Assembly: GCA_022813965.1 (NCBI GenBank)
Contig: JALDZS010000238.1
Location: 1-32,830, forward strand
Direction: 5' to 3'
Source of the DNA: Toensbergia leucococca
Taxonomy: Eukaryota
DNA: 32,830 bases
Positions within the stretch are counted from its first letter, which is position 1. Each line of letters opens with the position of its first letter. The position numbers and the translations under genes were made by a program. The notes beneath the pieces were generated by a model, which was not told where the DNA came from, made no database searches, and worked only from the letters and a program-made list of their open reading frames with translations. This document shows, piece after piece, positions 9,792-22,213 of the stretch.

Positions 9792-11749
9792 ATGGGCGAG
9801 CGAGGTATCAGACAACTCTGGTCTTGGGCAAGAACGACCCAACGTGCTCACTTCCATAGGCGAACCATAGGCCACGCATCGTTCCACATGAGTGGGAAGT
9901 CAACATCCCTGGCACGCAAGTCTCATGAGATACCAGCGAGCGACCCGCTTGAGCCTGCCTATTCAATAGCTAGAGAACCTAATCCGTCACTGATTGACCG
10001 TAAGCAAAGGCTTACTCTATTGGTACATCCGATGGCTAATGTCTCTTGCATGATTCTAGCTCTTGATCCCTATATATATACGACCGGCCGATGGTTGAAG
10101 CAAGACGTGCTAGAACGCGAGTCACGCTACATCCGCTTCGACTTTGCTGCCCTTTGCCAGAAGGTTGTGAAAGTCTGCCGGGGAGCGGACCGAGTGATTC
10201 GATATGAGAAGAAAGAAGGAGGATTCAACAGGTCTTTCATATTCATCATGGATAGTGGGGAGCAAATTGTGGCTAGACTGCCGACTTGCATCGCAGGCCC
10301 GCCACGATTGACGACGAACTCCGAAGTGGCGACGATGACTTACAGTAAACCCTACCTCCTACGCTGGCTAGATATGCAAAGCACCTGCTGATTGCTAATC
10401 GCTCTGACTAGTAAAGTCTCATACCACGCTCCCCTTGCCCAGAATCCTCGACTGGAGCGATGACAAGTCAAATCCCATCGGCGCAGAGTACATCATAATG
10501 GAAGTCGTTGCGGGCGTCAACCTGCATGAGAGATGGCCCACAATGACTGGACGACAACACATGCTTTGCGTCAAATCGCTGTCAATGATGATCAGGGAGA
10601 TGGCGGCGATTGCCTTTCCAGGTTACGGGAGCCTGTACTTCTCAGATGCTCCGATTGATCCGAATCTGAAGTTGGAATTTAATGATGGTTTCTGTCTGGG
10701 ACCACATTGTGGCGCGACGTATTGGAATTGCAACGTGGATGAAGCCAGAATCTACGGCGAAAGCAATCATGATCGGGGACCCTGTGAGTCAATCCTTCTC
10801 CCTTCTTCCCACACGCTCACGTAATGATTGGAGCTAACAGGTTTTGAATCTAGGGCCAGATCTACCTAGCTATTGTTCCGGCCTCATTGAAACCGGATTC
10901 GCCCGAATTCCAAAGGCAAAGCTCCAAGCAGATGAGCGTCTGTCGTATCAAGGGTCCATCGAGGACCACATCCGTCTGCTAAATACCAGTCGAGAGGTAA
11001 TCAAGAGATTGATAAGTCATTCTCCCATCCGAAATGCAGCATCCTCAACCTTGCTTCACGCGGACCTAAATAAGAGGAACATCTATGTGTCTGACGATGA
11101 CCCGACAATCATCACAGGCTTGATTGACTGGCAATCTACAAGCGTTGAGCCAGCTTTCGTATATGCGAATGAGACGCCTGACTTTGCCGAACATCCTGAC
11201 ATTACTCTACTAGCCCACTGCGACCGAGAAATGCCCGCTGCGGAGGGAGAGCCGCGTAAAGACCAGAAGTACAAGGACGCCTTAATCTGCAATCAAACCT
11301 TTGATGTGTGCATGAAAGGCTTTGTTCCAAAGCTGCGTGCTGCTAGGGCACTCGATGACACGATATTGAGGCCTTTTCGCTACTGTCACACTTCATGGAG
11401 AGACAGCGCAGCTGCAGTCCGGCAGGAACTGATTGAAGTCTCCAAAAGATGGACTGAGCTGGGTTTGGCGGGCGCAGTCCCATATCTACCAACCGAAGAG
11501 GAGATGGCCGAACACAAGAAGCAGTATGAAGAATTTGAGAATGTCCAAAAATTAAAATCGTGGCTCATACGCGCCCTCAACACAAACTCCGATGGATGGG
11601 TCCCTGCTGATGCCTGGGAGTGGTCGAAGATGGGGCATAGGGATGCCTTTGAAAAATGGATGCAAGCAGCTAGAGATGCAGAGGCAGCAGGCGATGACGA
11701 GATGACTGAAGAAAAGGCGAGAAGAATGTGGCCTTTTGATGAGAGTTAA
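9792..11749 (+). CDS. Phosphotransferase (APH/choline kinase-like), Aim9-like fungal family; 3 introns
   Basis: Motifs YTTGRWL, KKEGGFNR, ARLP..IAGP..TTNSEVAT, IGAEYIIME, LLHADLNKRNIYV, ITGLIDWQ. Introns 10000-10059, 10345-10411 and 10784-10853 join the three ORFs in frame. Start codon is uncertain. Confidence 0.88.
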
Positions 11750-12625
11750 AAATTAGGTCAAGTAGGGAAAAGAACAGCCAGTTCAAGAATGAAGCGCTTC
11801 CCATACCACCGCTTGCATCCTTCTCTCTCACAGATTGGCCTCTGTCCAAGATGACCTCAAGCCTAAGAGCATTCTGCTGAAACGCGCAGGCTCGCTTCAC
11901 TGCGAATGTAGGACTTCAGTACTCAAGGCTTGCTGATTGAGCTCGGATCTCTAGGAGGTCAGATTTGATTCTTTGCCTATCAAAGTTCCTCGATTAAGTT
12001 GGTCTCCTTGCTTGATTCATACCGTCGATTAGCGAAGATTTCCAAAGCGCTAAAGTTCGAAAGCATGACAAGGAGAACGTACAGCAGACGGCCACATAGA
12101 GGACACAAAGCTGCTTCGAAAATGCACCGTGGTCGCTTAGAGGATTGTGAAACAGTAATACGCAAGCGTTCGCTAATGAGGATAAGGAAGAGAGTCAGTG
12201 AAACAGGCTAATTCGCTCGCCTGCTTGGAGTGCTGGAGAAAGCTGGTATACGTAACTGCCTGGCTTCAGAACTCGAATAGACCAAGTTGTACAACGGCTT
12301 CAAGAGAATGGTTTTCTCTAATGCTCTCTTTTCTTTAGAGAAACCGGGTTTGAAACTGAAGTTGAAAAGAATTCTGGGGAAAGGTAAAGAATGAAGTTCA
12401 TAGGAGAGAAAAACTGAGTGTGACTCCAGTGTCTAGTAATGCCTTTCCCTATTGCCTGCTTCAGTACTGAATTATGTCAGCTTCAGAGTGTATCAGGCCT
12501 CTTGAAAGGCCTAAAATTCTTCTAGGTATCTTGATCGACGCACCAACGCCTAGACAGCATGATGATTCCTAGAGAAGCACGCTGTTTGACAGTAGCCACT
12601 CTAGGATCCCTCTAGGATCATTCAT

Positions 12626-13456
12626 CTATACGACAACAGATACAAGGTACAGCAGCGCTTCCTTTGCTCCAGCTGGCAATTGAGCATTGAAATAAAGCCT
12701 CTTTGTCCCAGTTGGCACAGGTGCAATGACCACACTGGCGCAATTCTCGCACTGGAATTTCCCTCCCACCAACGTCCGCCATACGGGCATTTCATGCACA
12801 AGCTGCGAAGTTTGCGCTTCTATGTTCAGACGAGTTGCAACAACAGAAGTTTGATGGTCCAAACCAGTCATCACCACCTCGGCATCATGCAGTGACCTGG
12901 CTGCCGAGATGACGCCGACTGCTGTCCCTTTGGACCCAGCCTCTTGATCGAGCACACTCGGCGCCAACCTCACGAAATTATCCGTGCTGACGCAGTAAGC
13001 AATTCCATGGTGATTCATATTATTCGTTTTAGCATCGACGCATATCTCATTGGATTCGCATACGCCCTTAATGAAATCTGCATTGCCATTTGGGGCCGTG
13101 CAGAGGACTGAATAAGATTGGGGCGTTCGTGTGTGGCGACACGAGGAACTCCGGAATATGAAGGCTTGCGGGCATTGGTCCATACGGCGAGATGGATAAC
13201 GTTTGGTATGTGATGAATCGGAGGGCTGCCCAAGTATAGTGACTGGAGGTGTGGTACTTGTGGAGCAAGGGAGAAGGTGTGTGGTGAGACTGAGCGTGGG
13301 GGATAAAGATTAGCTTGTGAGTCACAGATGTGATAGTCTGTGATTCGGGGCATACTTTGAGGCGCTGTCACTCAGAGAGCAGTCGGCGACGGGCTTTGCA
13401 AACGCGATGAGGGGAAAGGCTACTAGTAGAAAGATCCGACGCAGATGGTGAGGCAT
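12626..13456 (-). CDS. Secreted Cys-rich effector-like protein (254 aa) with Kex2 site and SIX6/FOLD-like N-domain
   Basis: Exon 1 (13456-13356) encodes MPHHLRRIFLLVAFPLIAFAKP. Intron 13355-13290 (GTATGC..GCTAAT..CAG). Prodomain ends HTKR, followed by C-x10-C-x12-C-x13-C-x5-C-x15-C and a beta-rich C-terminal half. Confidence 0.8.
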
Positions 13457-13907
13457 GAATCTGACAGCTCTGCGAAGATCCATGACTGAATTTGCGACCG
13501 AAAAAGATGGCGAATTTGAAAGACTTTTAAGGACCTGGCTCTTTGCGTACTGTCACTGCACCACTTGTCCAGTATCCCACATCTTCCTTATTGGCACGAT
13601 ATATACTCGCATTTGCTGTGGGGGGACGTCGAGTTACCCGTACCAGATCTTCAACAGCATCTCCAAGTCATGTCACTCGTCGCGGATGCTGCAAGCGTCA
13701 GCGTCAATACAAAATGCGATGGAGGTTCACTCATGCGATTTGTTTCAGAATATCTGATTCTGGTTTCGTAATATCGTGTTGCGAAAAATTCCAATGACAG
13801 GACCTTTGACACTTGCCATGCGCTTCGACGTAAGTCCACAGTCCGATCAAGGCTAATTGAAGAGTCCATAACGTTTGCACAAGTTGAGTCGGATCCTTGG
13901 GCAAGTC

Positions 13908-15565
13908 ATGTTTGTTGCCTCTTTTCTGAGCTCCGTTTCCTCATCAACTACTGTTGTTCCATATTTACTAGTCCACTTCGTGTCTCTTTGTTCAGCCCTT
14001 GCATACGCTAAACAGAATCGATCTTCAAGATCTCTTGAAAAGCGTGACTTGGTGATCACACTTGGATGTCAGCCCTTTTTTGCCATCTACTAATTCCGAG
14101 ACCTAGGTCCTGCAATGTCTCGATACACGGCTATCTCTGATAAAGGCCATCATACCACATGATACGCCTGCGTGGCACTTCAATTCCCTCACTGAGATCT
14201 GTGCTTCCTATCCCACTGGTATGGGATATACTTGTCATCCGCACACCGGCCAGATCGCGGCTCTTGTACCATTCACCCCCTTATACGCGAGCCTACCAGA
14301 TTCTTCCGTTTCCAAGCAAGTCTGCAAGGACGATTGTCAATGCATAGACGTTCCTTTCGAAGGCACAAGTTCATTATTTGAAGAACCAATGGAATGTAGT
14401 GTTGCCGAGGATCCGGAAGCAGATCCCAATGCTGCCGCCGCAAACTGCACGGGAAGGAATTTCCGCGACCCTACGCCGCTGAACGGAATTGTGTGCAGCG
14501 CAGAAGTTTACGGTCATCCACTTCACGCCGACTGCGACGCAACCTATGGCTTCATTACCGAAGGCGTAAGCCACACGCTAGATGAGAATGAATTCCTAGG
14601 TGTAGGAGCTCAATCGAGCCTCCAAGGCTACTTCGAGGAGCATACTCCCAAGGTATATACTGGAGGTGCGCATCATTATTCTAATCTTCTCACTGATGAG
14701 ACTATGATGTTTATTTGGCCGACGCAGGGTCTTGTAAAATCTCCATTGCGCTCCTAAGTCAGATTGCGAATTCAGACCTCGAGAATTGGGACTATATTTT
14801 TGGACGTGTAAGTGCCATTCTTCAAAAATGCGTCGTAGGCCTTGGGGTTGGGGGATGGGCCAAAGCGGGTAAGGCAATAATCACTTCCACCAATAAACAC
14901 TTTGGGATCGCAAGTCTTGCTGACAGATCCTAGGCCAGCGAGACGAAGCAATTGGCGTTTTCATCAATGGGCCAAACTCCAAATTTGAACGGATGTGGAC
15001 TTCTCAATTTGCCTGCACCATGGACGATATGGAAGATAGCGTATGCGAAGAGCACCAATCGCCCGCGAAAAGACCAAAAACCGGGTCCAGCTCGGTCCAG
15101 CAGTGCGGTAGTTCTTGCAGCAGTCCCATGGACTGCGATATCAATCATAGTTGTGTCTGTGCTTCAGATAAAAGCGTTCCCTTGAGCAGTACCTGGGGCA
15201 CGTATACCTGTACCTTTGTGGCGAATGCGGCCGCTGCAATCGCCGCAGCTGCAATTCACTCAGGCACTGCATGCCGAGGACGATGCTTGCTTGATGATGA
15301 CGGAATTCTCCGAATACCTGCTGAACTCAACACTCAAATGTCGAATTTGACGGTCACGGAACTTAGTTGCCCCTGCAATTGCACATATGTCTCCAAAGGT
15401 TGTTGTCTGTCGCAAACGGATGTCGTGTGGGAGGATCCGGTGGAGAAGGCTGCCACAATAATGTGGAGGCCAAACGAGACGATTTGCTGTAGCCAGGAGA
15501 CGGGGAAATGGATCTCAGCGGTAGGGGAGATGGATTCTTCGTCTTCCAACCCAATGTGTGCTTAG
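13908..15565 (+). CDS. Secreted multi-domain cysteine-rich protein (~491 aa), 3 introns
   Basis: Hydrophobic N-terminus and LEKR Kex2 site. Introns 14052-14106, 14666-14727 and 14869-14933 give a continuous frame. Central YGHP..DC...GSCKISI..SD..NW..I...KCV..VGG domain and C-terminal Cys modules (CGSSCSSPMDC, CPCNCTYVSKGCC). Confidence 0.82.
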
Positions 15566-15922
15566 AAGTGGTATTGGTGGTAAAGCGCTTTAGATATATG
15601 GGATTAGTAGTGCATGGTCCTGGCGAAGGAACTAAGAGGCTGATTAATCTCAGTCTGGGTAGGATTGTTCTTCTGCGCGTTCAATTGCTGCAAAATTGAA
15701 AGATTATGGGGAAAGGAGGAGGGTTACACCTTTCAGCCCTAAGATGAAGGTAGTCATCCGCTAGGCCCAATGGAGATAGAATAGCGGCATCTAACAGCCC
15801 GCCAGGCAGCAGCTCGAATAAATAACATCAATCACGCAACGAGCGTTGGGTATCGCAATATCAAGCAATTCAAGACATCAACCCTTGCCTTTTGACGAAA
15901 TCTATATCAAACGGGACAGATC

Positions 15923-17117
15923 ATGGTTGCTCTCAACGCTCTTCGCGCTTCGAATGCCAGACTCCGAGACCTTCCCTCGGGACTCGTAGCTCTTTTTGGT
16001 GGGCCTACGTATCTCGCCGTGGTCGCGTTGGAAGAGCAGGACAATAGCTGATGATAGCTCTTCCAGTGGGTGCAACAAGTGGTATTGGTGAAAGTACTCT
16101 CAAGGAATTCTGTCGTCACGCGAACAGACCTCGTGTCTACTTTGTGGGAAGGTAAATGCAATATGGAATATGAGTAGATATCATCAGAGTCAATTTTGAC
16201 CATGGAATGATTTAGGAGCCAAGATGCTGCTGACCGCATTCTCTCCCATCTCAAGACTATCCAGCCAGACGCAGAGGCAAAATTCATCCAGAAAGATCTT
16301 TCACTTCTCAAGAACGTGGATGAAGTCTGCGAGGAGATCAAATCAAAAGAGACCAAGCTCAACCTCCTCTTCATGACGCCGGGTACCATGTCTTTGAAGG
16401 GCCGGGACGGTACACTTCAACCATGACCAAGACAACGTTACACAAAAAGCTAAAAAAAAACTCAAATCCGCAGAAACCACCGAGGGTCTGGACAAAAAGC
16501 TAGTAACCAACTACTACGCTCGTGTCCGCTTCACCCAAAGCCTTCTACCCCTACTCCAAGCCGCCTCTCCCCAGCTCTCCCGCGTCGTCTCCGTCCTAGC
16601 CCCCGGTCGCGAATCCGCCATCCACCTCTCCGACCTCGATCTAAAGCACCACTTCACCCTCAGCAACGCCGCCAACCACGCCGTCACAATGACCGATTTC
16701 GCGTTCGAAGAACTGGCCAACCAGAACCCAACCATTTCCTTTGTGCACGCCTATCCAGGGTTTGTGAGGACGGGGTACGCCAAGGAGACGGGGTTCGCGG
16801 TCAGGATCGCGACACAGGCTGTGTACTTGCTTCTGACTCCTTTTGTGATTGGGATCGGGGAAAGCGGGGAGCGGCACTTGTTTGTTGCGACGAGTGCGGC
16901 TTATCCCGCACAGAGTGGAAATGAGGGGGGTGTGAGTCTCGAGGACGGGAAGGCGATGAAAGGTAGTAACGGGGAGAGTGGTAGTGGTGCTTATCTTATC
17001 GGGTCGGATTGTGAATTCAAGGCGAATGAGAAGGTTTTGAAGGAGTTGAGAGAGGAGGGTGCGGCGGGGAAGATTTGGGAGCATACTTTGATGATGTTTG
17101 CTTCTGTCAGAAAATAA
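15923..17117 (+). CDS. Short-chain dehydrogenase/reductase (NAD(P)-binding Rossmann fold), 3 introns
   Basis: Spliced with introns 15999-16066, 16152-16215 and 16410-16473: VALFVGATSGIGE..PRVYFVGR..EGLDKKLVTNYYAR..HAYPGFVRT..ESGERHLF. Confidence 0.9.
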
Positions 17118-17243
17118 AGGTTTTGCCACAAAGTGCATATCGCGGTAAGTAACACCCTGAATCTTCTGAACAGGCTCATATCTCTAATCAAGGTCAGTCT
17201 TTTTTAAACATAGGCTTATAATATCCCGACACTCTATTTTGAT

Positions 17244-18056
17244 ATCCTCACACCCCATTCTGATATTTTGTCACCCCCCCCTATCATTACCTGATTAGAC
17301 AATAGTATGCACATAGGGAATCATCATGATTTCGCACCACATTTGCACCTGATTCTCAACCACTTCACAAGCCAATTCCTTGTTTCATCTGCGTGCCATC
17401 TAAAAGTCAAAGTATTTAGAAAAAAATCAATGCTTTTGTACCACATTCTGACTTGACTCCCTCACTCTCAGACACACGATCAACCACCCCCTGAGCGCAA
17501 AAACATCATGATTTTGCAAGCTATCTACCTCCTTTCAAAATACCTCCTTTCAAAATCATGAAATACTCTGTTATTCACAGGCACGATAACGTTTACATTC
17601 ACTTCTGCATCTCCCCTTCACTCTGCATCTCTGCTTCACCCTGCATCTTCTTCTCACTCTCTCTCTTATTCTTTCTCTCACTCTCATCCTCACCCTCACC
17701 CTTCACCTCTAGGTCCTCGCCCACGTCGCTCACCCTGACCACCTCAGTCACACTTAGTCACCTCTCTGAAGACCTTGTTCTATCACCTCAAATTAAGACA
17801 ATTCTCTCTGCATACCTCTATCAAATGTTTGTTGTTGTCTCTCACCCTGAGGTTGATTGAGGCCTCCTGTAGGACGGCCACGGGGGTGAGCAACAGTGGG
17901 ATCCTGAAACAACAATAGAGGATACATTGATTCAGGGAAGGAAGAAGTATGTTGATCATTTTCATCAGCGTTTGCTGGACAGTGAAACCACCAGCGGGCA
18001 CTAGTTGGGGGGGGGGGTGGTGTAGATGTAGCAAAATGCAAAATGGGGTGTAGGAT
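17244..18056 (-). mobile_element. Degenerate, internally deleted Mutator-like (MULE) DNA transposon relic
   Basis: Imperfect inverted repeats at 17244-17281 (ATCCTCACACCCCATTCTG..CACCCCCCC) and 18007-18056. The minus strand encodes QDPTVAHPRGRP..RQQQTFDRGMQRELS*FEV plus an RG-rich tail broken by TGA, resembling fungal MULE transposase C-termini. Confidence 0.55.
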
Positions 18057-18225
18057 TAGCAATTCCCCTGAAAGTTTTCCTTTAAGAAATAATACTTGTA
18101 CTCAGGACATGGTTTGTGTAACCTTGAAATGAATATTGAAAAATTGCTTGACTTCGCAGGGACAATAATCACGTTTGAGGGGAAGCGAGAATGAGAGATG
18201 TAACACAACACAATAAAGATACCCT

Positions 18226-19428
18226 TCAAGGGGTTACAAACCACGGATCACCTAACAGCTCTTCCGCCGACGGCCTCAGCCCTGGATCCAGGTTCAAAAT
18301 CCGACCAAAGAACTCCTTATCTCCAGCTTCAAGCCCTTCAATATCTCGCCACAGGGAAAATGGTTTCCTTGGATTTTCCTTGTCGAAGCTCTGATTGAGC
18401 GCCACAAGGACCTGACACCATGGGCTATCTTTCACGTGTCCCATCAGTCCCGGAGGCAGAGGTCCAAAATACGAAAGCATGTTATAAAGAACCTCGACTT
18501 CCGGTAAAACCCCATCCTCTAGCTCATCATATGCGAAGATGACCATCTTAGTCATACCATAGACGGCCTTGGGATTATGGGAAGAAGAATTTTAGTAAGA
18601 TACCCTGAGATTTCGGTCTGTCAATGGGGTGGTTCTTACGGTGACTCCAAAAGACCAGATATCCGATGCTTTGCCCACGCGAGTGCCTGCCTGAGCTTCG
18701 GGACTGCGCCAAAGGACATTACCAACCTGAACAAAGATGCCCTCGCCTTTTTTCACGATAGCGGCGTCTTCTGTATCAGACAGAGAAACACTGTCGATGT
18801 CTCGGATGCCGTCCGGTCTAGTTGTATATGAGATCATAATGTTGTTTGGCTTAACATCTGTATTCCAGGACCAGTCTACCGTCAGCAATGCCACTTTTTT
18901 TCCGAGGTGGCGCAATTGGGTGATAAGTAACAATTACCACAGTGCACCCAGTCTTTGCTGTGACAAGCAGCAATGCCCTTCAAAGTGTCCATAAGGATCT
19001 GCTTGACCTGTGACCGAGGAACCGGCCCGCTCTGCATAAAATTCAAAAAGTCCTCGGAGTAATGTTGGAAGATAAGAGCGGTATTCGCATCATTACCATC
19101 AACTGGCAAGCGAACATAAGGACTTGAGGACAGATCGTTCTGGAGCCTAAAGGCATGATTGTACTGAAAGGGAGTAACAGGCTTAACCACGTAGGAGTCA
19201 TTGTTGGAGCTATGACTTGTTAATCAAACAACCCGATCAAAAAAGAGGCTGATGGATGGGAGAAATCTACTGAGCGAGCCATAGTCTGTGCAGAGGCTCT
19301 GTGTCTTTGACATCTTTCTCTTTTCTTTGGTAAAGAACCTTCTGAAGATAATAGGATTTTCCGGTTCGACCAATAAGACTTTGGCCTACGTGCAGAGCGG
19401 AAACCATTCTTCGCACCGTTGGTCGCAT
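18226..19428 (-). CDS. Ser/Thr protein kinase-like protein, 3 introns
   Basis: YVVK, spliced HCDVKPNNI catalytic loop, DTE in place of DFG, GNVLWRSPE, SDIWSFG, LDPGLRPSAEELL. Start is 19428 or 19407. Confidence 0.88.
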
Positions 19429-20257
19429 CTCTTCGTACTAGTGTGACGAATATGTTACGGCCTCTGTATAGGAGTAGGCAACGATGTAAAGATGATGGTG
19501 TATTGAAGCGGTGAACGTGTAATAAAGTATCAAAACAGTGGGAGTGTGTCAATTGTTTGGATAGAACACGCTATTCTAATTAGCTCAATGAGACTAGACC
19601 CCTCTGCTTGTCTAACTTCAATTCTCACCAGCACATGAGGGTGACATACGGGGTTGAGGCGCACAGAGATCAAGAGGGAAATTCTTGGAATAATCTGCAG
19701 AGGTTGTAAAGCACTAGTGAGGTACAGGGACTTGACCATAGATGTATCTACCAAGTATGTGACCGTCATGACTACTACCTGTCAATGATGATGTTGAAAA
19801 AAAAGGAAGTTGAAATAGAGGAGGGATAGAGGATTTATGGGAGATAGAGTACATAAGAATCTGATTGGTTGGAATGTATCCAATCGAGTCATCGTGCCAA
19901 GAAGATGCATCGTAGCCCTAACCATGACACATACGGTGATTGAGCTGGTGCATGCAAAACAGAAGTAGGGAGACCTTTTTGCAGAGCTTGAGCCGTGTTT
20001 GGTCTATTGTTCCTTGGAGATGAGACTGTACCTTATTGATGTGCTACAGTTTGCCCCATTCGCCGCCCTCAGCATCCTTCGACTCTCGACGTCTCCACTC
20101 TCGGCTTTTGACAGTATTGATCCCTGATACCTCACCTGCTTCGTCCACAACTTTCAGACTTCCAATATGACGATTGCTTCAAATTTGATTTCCACGATAT
20201 ACGTTGTAAACGTAGATCCTAGGGTGCCTTGGCAATTGCCGTCAGTTGCCACAAGTC

Positions 20258-21361
20258 TCAGCCCATCTGGTCCTTGGCAATCACCCGATCAAAAACCTCC
20301 TGCGTATGCTCCCAGATCCTCTTCCCCATCTCCCGCTTGCGATATTCTTCCAACAGCTTCTTGTCCCCCGCGGTCTCCCCATTTGCATCCAGCAAGTAAC
20401 ACCCACTTCCCTCGTTCCAATCCGCCCCCTTTGCCACCTCCAACCCCTTTGGTAACGCCACCCCCCCACCCGGAGGATCCTTCGCTCCTGCTGGCGGATA
20501 CCTGGAAGAAGTCGCGTGAAAGAGATGGCGCTCCCCGCTTTCCTGCAAGCTGACGCTAAGGAGCGTCAAGATGGGTATCATGATCCGCATGAACAGAAAC
20601 CGCAAAGGCAGATACCAGTCCTCGGCCAATATGGTGTAGCCATTGGTGATGACTACGCCCGGGAAGACGTGGATGCAACTTATAGAGGGGTTGGACGATG
20701 CAACTTCTTCTAGGGCTAGAGTGTTCATGGTGATGGTGTGCATGGCGGCGGTGCGGAGGGAGAAGGTGTGCTTGAGCTCTAGGTCGGCTTCGTTGAGGCG
20801 GCCCTCCCTGCCACCGCCGTGGATGCTAACGATGCGGGAGGAAGGCGAGGATAAGAGTAGCGGAAGGAGATTCTGGACGAAGCGCATGCGAACGTAGTAA
20901 CGGAGGGAAATGGTATCCTCTAGTCCGTCTGCATTATCTATAATCATTTCCAATAGAGGTTCTGAATTAGATCTTATTCCCTGTTGCTTTTTCTCTCAAA
21001 AAAACGCACCTATCCTTGACAACTTGAGATAACCCGGACACATGAGAAGCAAATCCAGTCGACTCTCTTTCGTCTTGAATTCCTCACACGCGGCATCCAC
21101 GTTCTTAAGCAGCGAGATCTCCGACTTGATGGATATATAGCTACCCTGCGGATTGATCTTCTCTAAGCCCTCAATGATGGTTGATAGCCTGGCTTCACCT
21201 CTCCCTACGATATATACCTTGGGCCGACTCGAATGACGCACGTACTCGGTCAGAGTGTGGAAGGCGATGCCGCTCGTAGCGCCGACAAAGAGAGCAACCT
21301 GGCCGGAGCAGGTGGATGACAAGGCGGCATTGGACTCCTGCACATCCTTGAGCTTAACCAT
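20258..21361 (-). CDS. Short-chain dehydrogenase/reductase, paralogue of the 15923-17117 gene; 1 intron
   Basis: VALFVGATSGIA, PKVYIVGR; intron 21009-20938; then DGLE..SLRYYVRMRF, HVFPGVV, ESGERHLF, IWEHT. Confidence 0.9.
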
Positions 21362-22213
21362 GGTTCGTCGGTCGTTTGATTGGTAGTGGATTTGGTAAAG
21401 GGTGTTGAGTAGAGGAGCTTTTTACGGTGCTTTTCCGGAATGGATGGCAGGTTGCAAGCCTCTGGTCTTCCATTGAATTTGTACCATCCCGACGAGCCTA
21501 GGAAATGAAGAATGAGACTACCTAGTAGGACGGTGGCGCGAGTGTATTGAAGACATCAATTATCCGTGTCCGGACTTTACGGCCGTAACTTTTCGTTCTG
21601 CTGGATGGAGGGCGATTGGAGCGAGAGAGGGTTGAGGAGCGACGGCCTAAAGAAACACCGAACTACGGAAGATATGTTCCCCCGAGGCTCTTCATGACGT
21701 CATCCCGCATCAACAATTTCAACCACCATCACCAACTCGATATCGACGCTGCCATGGGAGGTCGGTAGCCTGTAAATTCTATTTTAACAGAGTCATTGCG
21801 TGCTACCCGGCATTGGTATTCATAATAGTGCGTCTCTGAACATGGTCAGTATCCATGGCCCCTACCTACTACTCATTGCATTGTTATTTTGCACATGTTT
21901 CCTCTATACCTGCTTGTTGTCTATCTTGGAAATCACTTATCCTTTGATCCCTGTGCCTGCAGAGATAGCTTGAAACCCACGAAATCAGAACATTGATGAA
22001 GAAGGAATTCTCTGTCGCCTCTACTCAGGTTACATTGGAATTTGCCGACAAGGTCTGAACACCTGAGCGATATCTTGTTGTTCTTGTATGAGAGCAAATG
22101 TATATATACCGACGGTTGAGCCGCGAGATCATGTACTATTTCTCCGGTTCTCGTTGTCTTGAAGACTCTCAATCAAATACCTGTGAAAACACTCCCAAGC
22201 CATCTTCTTTATC

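Noticed and set aside
11750..12620. Small ORFs and an 11-bp tandem duplication (12599-12620)
   Set aside because: No coherent coding signal. The duplication is consistent with ordinary slippage.
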